Positions 44,221-53,329 of a stretch of DNA of 64,000 nt are shown one piece after another. The stretch covers positions 30,451 to 94,450 of the forward strand of contig JBBIJK010000004.1 in NCBI GenBank assembly GCA_037445995.1, in the 5' to 3' direction. The notes below the pieces were generated by a model, which saw only the letters and a program-made list of their open reading frames with translations, was not told where the DNA came from and did not search any database. Both the position numbers and the translations under genes were made by a program. The DNA is from Actinomycetota bacterium (GTDB taxonomy: Bacteria; Actinomycetota; Coriobacteriia; Anaerosomatales; D1FN1-002). How positions within the stretch are numbered: position 1 is the stretch's first letter; each line of letters begins with the position of its first letter.

Positions 44221-45281
44221 GCCCCTATCGCATCCTCAAGGTGCTCCGAAAGGATCTGTCGCTGGGGCCGAGGTCTCCGTTCTTCCTCTACGCCATCGTC
44301 CTGCCCTTCGTGCTCACGCTGATCCTTCAGTTCGCGTTCGGCTCGCTGTTCGACCCGCATCCGCGGCTGGGTGTCGTAGACCTCGGCGATTCTCAGATCA
44401 CCGCCGCGGTCGAGGAGATGGAGTGGATCACGCTCTCCAAGCCCGACTCGGCCGAGCGGCTCAAGGAGATGGTCGAGGCCAACGACCTCGACGCCGGGCT
44501 CATCCTGCCTGCGGGCTTCGACGACGCTGTCAGGGCGGGCGACAGGCCCGAGCTGCAGCTGTTCATCGGCGGGGAGAGTTACGCCTCCAACCGCCTCATC
44601 CTCAGCGTCACGGCCATCGACCTGATCCGCGAGGTGGAGGGCGGCGAGTCTCCCGTCACCGTGGAGGTCGTCTCCTTCGGCGAAGCGGGACTCCCCATCT
44701 CGACAAGGTTGGTGCCGGTCATCGTGTTCTACGCGCTGACGATGGCTGGCATCTTCGTGCCCGGCTCCAGTCTCGTCGAGGAGAAGGAGCGCGGGACGCT
44801 CATGGCCATGCTGGTGACCCCTGTGCGCATCGGCGAGGTGCTGACTGCGAAGTGGGTGCTGGGCACCGTGTTCGCGGCCGTGATGTCGGCGGTGACGCTG
44901 GCGCTCAACCAAGCGCTCGGCGCCAACTGGCTCGACGTGCTCGTGGTCGTGGCGGTGGCCGGCGCGCTCTCGGCGATGATCGGACTGCTGATAGGCGTCT
45001 TCTCGAAGGACTCGGCGGTGTTGTTCGGAGTAGTCAAGGGGCTGGGCATCTTCCTGTTCGCCCCGGCGCTGTTCTACATCTTCCCTGACTGGCCCCAGTG
45101 GATCGCTCGCCTGTTCCCGCTCTACTGGATCATCGAGCCGATCTGGCGGGTGTCGGTGATGGGCGGCGCGCTGTCCGAGGTCTGGACCGAGCTCGCGGTG
45201 GCGCTCGCCATCACCGTCGGGCTCGTGCCGGTGGTGGCGCTTCTCGCAAGAAGAACACGGGCGCAGATGGCCGCCGCCTGA
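44217..45281 (+). CDS. ABC-2 type transporter permease (second subunit)
   Basis: Same topology as the preceding gene. ATG 44217 overlaps the upstream stop (ATGA); the ORF-track 649-aa version is an artefactual extension. Confidence 0.75.
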   Translation: MSPYRILKVLRKDLSLGPRSPFFLYAIVLPFVLTLILQFAFGSLFDPHPRLGVVDLGDSQITAAVEEMEWITLSKPDSAERLKEMVEANDLDAGLILPAGFDDAVRAGDRPELQLFIGGESYASNRLILSVTAIDLIREVEGGESPVTVEVVSFGEAGLPISTRLVPVIVFYALTMAGIFVPGSSLVEEKERGTLMAMLVTPVRIGEVLTAKWVLGTVFAAVMSAVTLALNQALGANWLDVLVVVAVAGALSAMIGLLIGVFSKDSAVLFGVVKGLGIFLFAPALFYIFPDWPQWIARLFPLYWIIEPIWRVSVMGGALSEVWTELAVALAITVGLVPVVALLARRTRAQMAAA

Positions 45282-45324
45282 CCGCAGATCCGCAGGGGTG
45301 GCCGAGCGGGCCGGCGACCGGCCC

Positions 45325-45714
45325 TCAGCCGCCCGCGGCGGAGATCCCCAGAGCCATGCCGCCGAAGTAGGGCACCAGCCAGACGGCCCAGACGGCGAGG
45401 CTGTAGCGGTGGAATGTGCTTCGCGACCTATCGCTGCCCCTCCGCACCACCCATGTCGCCCACACGGTGTGCGCCAGCATCAGCCAGATTGCGAGCTGTC
45501 CGGTGATGGTGTGGGGGTCGCTCCAGTCAAGGGGGCCGGGCGACAGCAGGCTCATCGCATAGGTGCCGGAGGCGTCGAAGACCATCCCCGACCAGAACAG
45601 CGCCAGGTGCCAACCGTGCAACATGCGCTGGGCTCGCTCAGCGAACACCGCGACCGTGTAGAGAAGAAGCGCGAGCGTGATCAGCGCCGATGAGGCGACC
45701 TGCTCGAACGACAC
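45325..45714 (-). CDS. Small integral membrane protein (HsmA-like, 4 TM)
   Basis: GTG 45714: VSFEQVASSALITLALLLYTVAVFAER...HGWHLALFWSGMVFDASGT.... Only the last ~129 codons of the 267-aa ORF look protein-like. Confidence 0.5.
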   Translation of the reverse strand: MSFEQVASSALITLALLLYTVAVFAERAQRMLHGWHLALFWSGMVFDASGTYAMSLLSPGPLDWSDPHTITGQLAIWLMLAHTVWATWVVRRGSDRSRSTFHRYSLAVWAVWLVPYFGGMALGISAAGG

Positions 45715-45886
45715 CGCGGGCCCTCCGTCCGTCGAGGCACCGAGTGACGCGCTCACGCCGTCGGCGCCGCTCCCTCTCGGCGATGATAGCGCTCCACGCT
45801 GGCGCCGGTGGCGCCGCTGGTCATGCGATACGATGGACGCGAGGAGCCGGCTGGCGCCCCAGAGCGCGCGGACCGAGGAGGGGCCC

Positions 45887-46684
45887 ATGACCCTTGGACG
45901 GACGGTCGAGGTCGCAGGGATGCCCGCTTGCCGGATCCTCCCCGGCTCGGGTCCCGTGGTCGCCGCGGCGGTCCACGCCGGCAGTGCTGTCCGCGAAGAC
46001 CTGAGGGGGGAGATGATGCTCCCGGCACAGGACCGGTTGCGCGAGGAGGACCCCCACACCTGGCGCTTCGTGCCTGACGGAATCGCGGCCGTCGTCGGGG
46101 AACGCAGCCGGTTCGAGGTCGACCTCAACCGTCCGCGCGAGCGTGCCGTGTACCTGAGTCCCGAGGACGCATGGGGACTCGATGTCTGGGCGCGACCTCC
46201 CGGCGAGGATGTGGTCAGGGGGTCGCTCGAGGTCTACGACGCCTTCTACGCCGAACTCCGGGCGCTGCTGGACGAGAGGGCCGCACACGGCCCCTTCGTG
46301 CTGCTGGACCTCCACAGCTACAACCACCGCCGGTCGGGGGCACTCGCGCCGCCTGACGACCCGGCGGCCAATCCCGAGGTGAACCTGGGGACCGGCACGC
46401 TGGACGCGGTGCGCTGGCGCAGGGTCGCCGAGGCGTTCGTGTCCGCGATGGCCGAGCGAGGCCACGACGTTCGCGAGAACGTGCGGTTCCGCGGGGGTGC
46501 CGTCTCCGCATGGGTCAACGCCGAGTACGCGGGACGCGGGTGCGCTCTGGCGGTGGAGTTCAAGAAGACCTTCATGGACGAGTGGACCGGCGCCGTAGAC
46601 GACGGGGCGGTCGAAGCGATACGCGAGTCGCTGGGGTCGACCGTGCCACGCCTCGTGGCCGCGCTCGCCAGGATCCGGCCATGA
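45887..46684 (+). CDS. N-formylglutamate amidohydrolase-family hydrolase
   Basis: ...SRFEVDLNRP..., ...FVLLDLHSYNHRR..., ...EFKKTFMDEW.... ATG 45887 follows GAGGAGGGG. Confidence 0.72.
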   Translation: MTLGRTVEVAGMPACRILPGSGPVVAAAVHAGSAVREDLRGEMMLPAQDRLREEDPHTWRFVPDGIAAVVGERSRFEVDLNRPRERAVYLSPEDAWGLDVWARPPGEDVVRGSLEVYDAFYAELRALLDERAAHGPFVLLDLHSYNHRRSGALAPPDDPAANPEVNLGTGTLDAVRWRRVAEAFVSAMAERGHDVRENVRFRGGAVSAWVNAEYAGRGCALAVEFKKTFMDEWTGAVDDGAVEAIRESLGSTVPRLVAALARIRP

Positions 46685-47079
46685 GCAGGCCCTCGCGCCT
46701 GACCGAGGTGATGACCGAGAAGATCGGCGGCCGCCTGCGTGAAGAGACATACCGGGCCCTCGTCGATCGCGGGTTCCCCAGCCGCGCCGCCTTCACGATC
46801 ACTGTGCGGGTGCATCGCGGAGGGGGGCTGGCCAAGGACGCCATGCAACTGCGAGGATTGTCTAGACTGCTCGAGTACCTCTCAGGCGGCGGCGCCTTCG
46901 ACAGGCTGTTCGTAGGGAAGTACGCTTTCGTGCATGCACCGGTCGTCGAAGAGCTGCTCCTGCGCGGCGTGCTTCGCGAACCGGATGTTCTGCCGCTGTA
47001 CCTTTCGCGACCGGATGTCGAGAGAAGGCTCTCGGCGTTGCAGGCCGGGATGGGACCGATGGACCTCGTGAGGGGATGA
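46681..47079 (+). CDS. Short ORF matching only the C-terminal region of DUF1704 (QEGLA-motif / Tyr-Phe carboxypeptidase-like) proteins
   Basis: 132 aa. ...VHRGGGLAKDAMQLRGLSRLLEYLSGGG...LFVGKYAFVHAPVVEEL... resembles the DUF1704 C-terminus from memory. The start overlaps the FGase stop (ATGA). Confidence 0.45.
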   Translation: MSRPSRLTEVMTEKIGGRLREETYRALVDRGFPSRAAFTITVRVHRGGGLAKDAMQLRGLSRLLEYLSGGGAFDRLFVGKYAFVHAPVVEELLLRGVLREPDVLPLYLSRPDVERRLSALQAGMGPMDLVRG

Positions 47080-47086
47080 CACGCGG

Positions 47087-48130
47087 ATGAAGATTGGCTT
47101 CTTGGTCAACAGCGTCGAAGGCGAGCTGCCTGGGTACACCACCACCCGGCTGGCGATGACCGCCATCAACCGGGGGCACGAGGCATGGGTGATCGATCCC
47201 GGGTCGTTCGCCTACGATCCCGACGAGAAGATCCGGGCGCGCGCGACCCACGCCCCCAAGGCCAACTACAAGAACGGTGCGACGTACCTCACGGGCCTGA
47301 GGAGCGCCAAGGCCAGGACACGGCGGATCACCGTCGACGACCTTGACGTCCTGATGCTGCGAAACGATCCGGCGCAGGACGCCGACAGGGCTTGGGCACA
47401 GCATGCGGGCATCGATTTCGGCCGCGTGGCCATGCGCAACGGCGTCATCGTCCTGAACGATCCCAACGGCCTCGCGCGCGCGATGAACAAGATGTACCTT
47501 CAGATGTTCCCCGAGGAAGTGCGCCCCCGGACCTTGGTGACCAGAGACCGCGACGAGATCCGCGAGTTCGTCAAGGAGGAGGGCGGCCGTGCCGTCATCA
47601 AACCCCTCCAAGGTTCGGGAGGCAAGGGCGTCTTCCTGGTAGATCATGCCTCCAGCAGGAACCTCAACCAGATGGTCGACGCGCTCACGCGGGACGGCTA
47701 TGTGATCGTGCAGGAGTACCTGGAGAAGGCCGAGCAGGGCGACGTGCGCCTGTTCGTGATGAACGGCCAGCCCCTTCGCTACAAGGGGAGGTACGCGGCG
47801 TTCAAACGGATCGGGGCGGCGGGCGATATCCGCAGCAACGTCCATGCTGGCGGCACCATCGCGCAGGCGAACATCAGCGATGAGCACCTGCACGTGGCGG
47901 AGTTCGTGCGCCCGAAGCTGGTCGCGGACGGCATGTTCTTCGTCGGGCTGGACATAGTCGGCGGCAAACTCATGGAGGTCAACGTCTTCTCCCCCGGGGG
48001 CCTGGGGAGCGCCCAGAAGTTCGAGAAGGTCAACTTCTCACACGCGGTGGTCGACGCGCTGGAGCGCAAGGTGGACTACGTGACCTTCTACCGCAGGCAC
48101 TTCAGCAACGTCCAGATGGCCACGTTGTAG
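47087..48130 (+). CDS. ATP-grasp ligase, glutathione-synthase (GshB)-like
   Basis: The N-terminal pre-ATP-grasp region (MKIGFLVNSV...RGHEAWVIDPGSF) has GshB-like organisation. ATP-grasp motifs are present (AVIKPLQGSGGKGVF, ...IVQEYL..., ...GGKLMEVNVFSPGG). Confidence 0.75.
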   Translation: MKIGFLVNSVEGELPGYTTTRLAMTAINRGHEAWVIDPGSFAYDPDEKIRARATHAPKANYKNGATYLTGLRSAKARTRRITVDDLDVLMLRNDPAQDADRAWAQHAGIDFGRVAMRNGVIVLNDPNGLARAMNKMYLQMFPEEVRPRTLVTRDRDEIREFVKEEGGRAVIKPLQGSGGKGVFLVDHASSRNLNQMVDALTRDGYVIVQEYLEKAEQGDVRLFVMNGQPLRYKGRYAAFKRIGAAGDIRSNVHAGGTIAQANISDEHLHVAEFVRPKLVADGMFFVGLDIVGGKLMEVNVFSPGGLGSAQKFEKVNFSHAVVDALERKVDYVTFYRRHFSNVQMATL

Positions 48131-48172
48131 CGCCGGCCGGGCCGGTCGCACTCCCTCGCGGCGGCCCTGAAG

Positions 48173-48880
48173 TCAGGGCTTGGGGGGTGCGGGGTACGGG
48201 TAGCCGCCGGGAGGCCCGACCGACACCCATACGTCGACTGAGGTCCCCAGCGGTTCGTAACTCTCGGGCGCCGGCTCCTGATGATAGATCAGACCGGCCG
48301 CGACGTCGGTGGTCGAGGGCCCGTAGCTGGCAGAGCCGAGCGCGTAGCCTGCGGCGCTGAGCAGGGAGCGTGCCTCCTCCAGCGTCATCCCGAAGACCTG
48401 CGGCACCCTCGGGCCGGGGGACGCCGTCCGCGGCGCCCACGCGGTCCCGCGCGGGCCCCCGGAAGAACCGCGGCCCCAGGGGATGTCCTCGTCGGCCAGG
48501 GTTCGCACGCCATCCGAAGAACTGTCGGCCTCTGCCCCGGGCACGGCCCCGACCTGGATGTCGACGCCCGAGCCCAGCAGCTTGCGGACCCCGCCGAACG
48601 GATCCTGGTCGACGACCGTCCCCGCCTCCTGGGGGGTCGCTGTCACGGTAGTGACATCACCCACGACAAAACCGGCCTTCACAATGGTGGCCTTCGCCCT
48701 GTCGCGCGACAGCCCGACGACGTCCGGGACGATGGCCGTGCGGTTCAGGTACCACCACACGACGACGAGCAGCAGGAGCACAAGGAGGGTGGCCGCCAGC
48801 AGTCCCCTGCGACGGTCGATCCCCCGCTCCCCGCCGGACCCTGCGACGAGCTCGTGTGCGGTGTCGTCCACGCCGAGCAT
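48173..48880 (-). CDS. Membrane-anchored protein with two PASTA domains (no kinase or transpeptidase domain)
   Basis: ATG 48880, one TM (LLAATLLVLLLLVVVWWYL), then IVPDVVGLSRDRAKATIVKAGF... and VPQVFGMTLEEARSLLSAAGY... PASTA repeats. Confidence 0.7.
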   Translation of the reverse strand: MLGVDDTAHELVAGSGGERGIDRRRGLLAATLLVLLLLVVVWWYLNRTAIVPDVVGLSRDRAKATIVKAGFVVGDVTTVTATPQEAGTVVDQDPFGGVRKLLGSGVDIQVGAVPGAEADSSSDGVRTLADEDIPWGRGSSGGPRGTAWAPRTASPGPRVPQVFGMTLEEARSLLSAAGYALGSASYGPSTTDVAAGLIYHQEPAPESYEPLGTSVDVWVSVGPPGGYPYPAPPKP

Positions 48881-48948
48881 CCTTTCGTCCCATGAAGCAA
48901 GGTACCAGACCGCGGACCTCGCCGACAGCGCCTGCTCCCCTCCCGCGC

Positions 48949-49806
48949 TCAGTACCTCGCCGGCACGAAGGTCTGCGAGTCGATCGGCGGCCTGATATAG
49001 CCCTTGCTCGCCGGCTTCCGCGCCGGAAGGGGGTAGGGATCGCGGTGGATTGGCTCGAAGGGCACGACCGAAAGAAGGTGTGCGATGCAGTTCAGGCGCG
49101 CCTTCTCCTTGTCGTCCCCGTCCACGACCCACCAGGGGGAGTCCTTGGTGTCGGTGTACCTGAGCATCTCGTCCTTCGCCCGGGAGTACTCCTCCCACCG
49201 GTCACGGCCCTCCAGGTCCATCTCGGAGATCTTCCAGTACTTGGTCGGATCGTCCACGCGAGCCTGGAACCTGCGATCCTGCTCCTCGTCAGAAACGGAG
49301 AACCAGTACTTCACCAGCACGATCCCCGAGCGGATGAGCATCCGCTCGAACTCCGGGCAGTCGCGGTAGAACTCCTGGACCTGCTCAGGGGTGCAGAACC
49401 CCATGACCCGGTCGACCCCGGCGCGGTTGTACCAGGAGCGGTCGAACACCACGATCTCACCGGCTGCGGGAAGATGCGCCACGTAGCGCTGGAAGAACCA
49501 CTGTGTGGCCTCGCGCTCGGTGGGCGCGGGGAGAGCGACGACTCGGGCCACACGCGGATTGAGCGGCTCGGTGATCCTCTTGATGACACCGCCCTTGCCG
49601 GCGGCGTCCCTGCCCTCGAACAGCACCACGACCTTGTGGCCTTTGGCGCGCACCCACTCCTGGAGGCGCACCAGCTCCGTCTGGAGCCTCTTGAGCTCCG
49701 CCTCGTAAAACGACTTCCTCAGCCGCCCGTCGGGCCTGTACCGCTCGCCGGGCGGCACCTCGTGTTCGGGCTCGCCGGGCCTCTTCATTCGCTTCCCCAT
49801 CGCCAT
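48949..49806 (-). CDS. ppk2: Polyphosphate kinase 2
   Basis: VVLFEGRDAAGKGG P-loop, ...FDRSWYNRAGV..., 285 aa. Confidence 0.9.
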   Translation of the reverse strand: MAMGKRMKRPGEPEHEVPPGERYRPDGRLRKSFYEAELKRLQTELVRLQEWVRAKGHKVVVLFEGRDAAGKGGVIKRITEPLNPRVARVVALPAPTEREATQWFFQRYVAHLPAAGEIVVFDRSWYNRAGVDRVMGFCTPEQVQEFYRDCPEFERMLIRSGIVLVKYWFSVSDEEQDRRFQARVDDPTKYWKISEMDLEGRDRWEEYSRAKDEMLRYTDTKDSPWWVVDGDDKEKARLNCIAHLLSVVPFEPIHRDPYPLPARKPASKGYIRPPIDSQTFVPARY

Positions 49807-49881
49807 CGCTCCTCGGCGCCTCGGACAGGACCCTCCTGCGGATATCCTAGCCGACGGCGAGGGGGTGCGGTCGCGGGCTGA

Positions 49882-50298
49882 TCACGCCTCACCCGACGGG
49901 TCACCCGGCCCGGCGGTCGGCCTTGTCAGTATGTAGATCGTGACCCCGCCTGCCACGAGCGCGAGGAACGCCGGGGCACCGATCCTCACTGTCGCGCTCC
50001 GGGCGCCAAGTGCGCTCAGTAGCGACGACACCGCGATCGCCGCCCAGAGCGCTGCCACAGACCGCCTCTTCGCGCTGGCGGAGATCCCGCCGCCGTAGAC
50101 GAAGCCCTCCATGTAGGGCCCTAGGCGCGGGTGTCTCACGAGCCAGCCGTGCAGCCGGCCCGACGATCGCGCGAAGCAGGCGGCGGCCAGCAGCAGGAAG
50201 GGCGTCGTAGGCAGCACCGGGAGCAGCGCGCCGGCGACTCCGAGCGCGAGCGAGAGGCAGCCCAGACTCACCAGAGCGATGCGGAGGACCTTCGACAT
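49882..50298 (-). CDS. YbaN/DUF454-family inner membrane protein
   Basis: ...GALLPVLPTTPFLLLAAACFARSS..., 138 aa, about 4 TM. Confidence 0.75.
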   Translation of the reverse strand: MSKVLRIALVSLGCLSLALGVAGALLPVLPTTPFLLLAAACFARSSGRLHGWLVRHPRLGPYMEGFVYGGGISASAKRRSVAALWAAIAVSSLLSALGARSATVRIGAPAFLALVAGGVTIYILTRPTAGPGDPSGEA

Positions 50299-50383
50299 AT
50301 GTTCGCGCCCTTCGCCGGCCCCTTGCAGGATGACCCGCCCTCACTTCCGCTCACACTCGCACGCCCTTCCCCGTAGCGGTACG

Positions 50384-52465
50384 ATGCCACCGATGGACCG
50401 AAGGACCCCCACAGTGGCGCGCGCCTCAGCTCTGCGTCTCATTGTGACGCTCGGGGCGGCCTTGGCGTTGGCGCTCTCGGCCGCAAGCACCGCAGCGGCG
50501 CAGTCCCATCCCCTGCGCATCGGCGTCTACGACAACCCCCCTCTGTCCAAAGTCGAGAACGGCCAGGTGGCCGGGGGCCTGTTCGTCGAGCTGTTCGAGC
50601 AGGTGGCGGAGGCCGAAGGGTGGGAGTACGAGTGGGTCACGCTCGACTTTGGCGAGGGGATGGCGCTGGTCGAGAAGGGGGACCTGGACGCGCTCCTCGT
50701 GGTGGCCGTGACCGAGGAGCGGCGCGAGCAGTTCGACTTCACCAAGTCCTCCATCTGGGCCAACTGGGGGGTCGTCGCCGTCCGCGACGGTTCGCCGATC
50801 CGCAGTCTGGCGCAGCTGAAGGGGAAGAAGATCGCGGTTCTGGAGGAGGACACCTACTACTCGGGGTCCCAGGGGGTGCGCGATCTGCTGGAGGGCCTCG
50901 GCATCGAGGCGAACTACCTCTTCCTCCCCGATTACGAAGCGGCCCTTGACGCCCTCGACGACCGCGCCGTGGACGCCGCGGTCGTCAGCCGGGTGGCCCA
51001 CAGGATGCACCGCGGTGAATCCGGTCTGACGCAGCTGGCGGTGGTCAAGCCGGTGCAGCTGGGCATCGCCTTCCCGCGATCCGCTCACTCGCTCAGGCTG
51101 GCCTCCGCGATCGACGCGCACATCCCGGGGCTGATCGCCGACCCCGCGGGCGCGTACAACCGGACGCTGCGCGAGCTGTTCGAGGCGCCTGAGCCGGCGG
51201 TCCAGCAGCGCATCCCCACCTGGGCGCTCTGGGCGCTGGCGGCGCTGGCGGCAGGGGTCGGGGGTCTCGCGGCCGTGGCTTGGGGGCTGCGGCGGGTGGT
51301 GCGCCTGCGGACGCAGGACCTGCGCCGAGCCCTCGACAGGATGGAGACCCTGTTCGCCGCGAACCCCGACATGCAGTTCGTCCTGGACGCCGAGGGCCGC
51401 ATGCTGCGGTTCGAGCCGTCGCCCGAGCTCGCGCCGTACGTGCCGCCCGAGGAGTTCCTCGGCAAGACGGTCTCCGAGGTGCTCCCTCCCGAGGCGTCGT
51501 CGATCATCGTGCCCGCGCTCGCTCGAGCGCTCGACTACGCAGGCACGCCGGTACGCTGCAGTTACGCCCTGCCCGGCGCGGACGGGGCTCCTCGTCACTA
51601 CGACTGCCACATGGCGGCCACAACCCGCGGCGAGATCCTCGCGATCGTGCACGACTCCACCGAAGTGCACGAGCTTCTGGCGGAGCTTCAGCGGGAGCGC
51701 GACAACCTGGAGGCGGAGGTGGAGGCCAGGACGGTCGAGCTGCGCTCCGCCGCGACGGAGCTGCGGCACGCGTCCGCCGCCAAGTCCCGGTTCCTTTCGC
51801 ACGTGAGCCACGAGCTGAGGACCCCCCTCAACTCCATAGTGGGATTCACCGAAACGCTGCTGGCTGGCATGGCCGGCCCGCTCAACGAGGAGCAAACCCG
51901 GCAGCTTGAGATGGTCCGGCGCTCCGGCTCTCACCTGGTCGACCTGGTCAATGAGATCCTCGACCTGTCCCGCATCGAATCGGGACGCACCCATGTGGAT
52001 CCGTCGGAGTTCACGACATCGGACGTGCTGGCGGATGTGACCGCGGCGATGGGAAGCGCCGCTTCGAGCAGGGGGCTGGAGTTCAGGCTGGACGACTGCG
52101 ACACCGTCACCCTGCACACCGACAGGCGCATGCTCCGGCAGATACTGCTCAACCTCACGGTCAACGCGGTCAAGTTCACCAGCGAGGGCGGTGTCTCGGT
52201 GGAGTGTAGGGAGGACCGGGACCGCGTGCGCTTCCACGTCCTTGACACCGGTCCGGGCATCCCCGAATCCGCGCGTGCCTCTATCTTCGACCCCTTCACC
52301 CGCGTGGGCACAGACGAGGAGGCCGTGCCGGGCGGGTTCGGTCTCGGGTTGTCGATCAGCGCCGGGCTGGCTGAGACTCTGGGCGGGAGGCTGGAGCTGG
52401 TCTCCAGCTCCGGGAGGGGGAGCGAGTTCGTTCTCGAGATACCGAAGAGGTTCCCAGAGTCCTGA
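50384..52465 (+). CDS. Sensor histidine kinase with periplasmic solute-binding (SBP_bac_3/VFT) domain, PAS, HisKA, HATPase_c
   Basis: Signal/TM, then LRIGVYDNPPLS...LDALLVVAVTEERREQFDFT (type 3 SBP pattern), a TM, a PAS, the H-box FLSHVSHELRTPLNSI and the ATPase G-boxes. Confidence 0.85.
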   Translation: MPPMDRRTPTVARASALRLIVTLGAALALALSAASTAAAQSHPLRIGVYDNPPLSKVENGQVAGGLFVELFEQVAEAEGWEYEWVTLDFGEGMALVEKGDLDALLVVAVTEERREQFDFTKSSIWANWGVVAVRDGSPIRSLAQLKGKKIAVLEEDTYYSGSQGVRDLLEGLGIEANYLFLPDYEAALDALDDRAVDAAVVSRVAHRMHRGESGLTQLAVVKPVQLGIAFPRSAHSLRLASAIDAHIPGLIADPAGAYNRTLRELFEAPEPAVQQRIPTWALWALAALAAGVGGLAAVAWGLRRVVRLRTQDLRRALDRMETLFAANPDMQFVLDAEGRMLRFEPSPELAPYVPPEEFLGKTVSEVLPPEASSIIVPALARALDYAGTPVRCSYALPGADGAPRHYDCHMAATTRGEILAIVHDSTEVHELLAELQRERDNLEAEVEARTVELRSAATELRHASAAKSRFLSHVSHELRTPLNSIVGFTETLLAGMAGPLNEEQTRQLEMVRRSGSHLVDLVNEILDLSRIESGRTHVDPSEFTTSDVLADVTAAMGSAASSRGLEFRLDDCDTVTLHTDRRMLRQILLNLTVNAVKFTSEGGVSVECREDRDRVRFHVLDTGPGIPESARASIFDPFTRVGTDEEAVPGGFGLGLSISAGLAETLGGRLELVSSSGRGSEFVLEIPKRFPES

Positions 52466-52570
52466 CGGAGGCTGTCCTGAGGAAGCTTCGCACACCGCCC
52501 GCACTTGTGGCATGCTACGCGCTCAAACCCCCGACCACGGGCCGCGCGCTCCCGACGGAAGGACCAACCG

Positions 52571-53227
52571 ATGCCTCGCATGCACCCGAGAGTCGTGATC
52601 CTGTCGGTGATCGCGGCGGTGATCGTCCTGGTAGTCATCCCGGTCCTGCTCGAGGACCAGCCCGGGGCGGTCCGCAGCGAAGCAGGCTCCGTGACCAAGA
52701 CGTTCTCCGCCACCGAGGCCGACAGCGAGGCGGTCTATCCCGTCTTGCTGACGGAGGGCTCCGACGCGGCGCAGGAGGCGACCCGCATCTTCGACGCGCT
52801 GTCGGGCGTGCAGGGCGTGGTCAGCGCATCGATCGACGTGTCCACCCTGGACCTCACCGTGAAGTACGCGTCCCAGCAGGCGGACAACGCCGTCATCCGG
52901 GCCAGCCTTCTCGCCTCGGGCTACCTGAAGCCCACGGCGGAAGACGCCGAACCGGCGGTGCTGGACGCCAGCGGCAAGGTCCAGCGGATCGCGGTGAAGG
53001 ACGAGCACGGCTTCTCGCCCTCCTATATCCGCGCGAAGGCCGGCGTGCCCCTCGAGATCGAGTACGGGCCCGGGACAGCGTGCCGCGTGGGAGTCAAGTT
53101 CCCCGAGTTGGGCGTCGAAGCCGACATCTCCAAGGGCGGGCTCGTCAAGCTCCCTGCGATGAAGCCCGGCACCTACACCATCCTGTGCAGCGGGGACGCG
53201 ACCGAGGGGGCCGTCTTCGTCGAGTGA
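52571..53227 (+). CDS. Membrane-anchored protein: HMA-like ferredoxin-fold domain + cupredoxin-like (PF13473-type) domain, both apparently lacking canonical metal ligands
   Basis: ATG 52571 and one TM. ...FDALSGVQGVVSASIDVSTLDLTVKY... has an HMA-like fold but no CxxC. ...IRAKAGVPLEIEY...KPGTYTILCSGDATEG... is cupredoxin-like but has no His/Met after the Cys. Confidence 0.5.
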   Translation: MPRMHPRVVILSVIAAVIVLVVIPVLLEDQPGAVRSEAGSVTKTFSATEADSEAVYPVLLTEGSDAAQEATRIFDALSGVQGVVSASIDVSTLDLTVKYASQQADNAVIRASLLASGYLKPTAEDAEPAVLDASGKVQRIAVKDEHGFSPSYIRAKAGVPLEIEYGPGTACRVGVKFPELGVEADISKGGLVKLPAMKPGTYTILCSGDATEGAVFVE

Positions 53228-53235
53228 CCCCCGCC

Positions 53236-53271
53236 GCGGGCGGACCCGCCCGCCTTCGCCGGGCGGGTTCT
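53236..53271 (+). terminator. GC-rich terminator with two overlapping alternative hairpins
   Basis: GCGGGCG-gacc-CGCCCGC (53236-53253) and CCCGCCCG-ccttcgc-CGGGCGGG (53245-53267), followed by TTCT. Confidence 0.5.
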
Positions 53272-53329
53272 GGCGACGCACCCCGCCGAATCGCTATGAT
53301 GTCCGCGGGCTGACGCCGGGCGGATCGGA

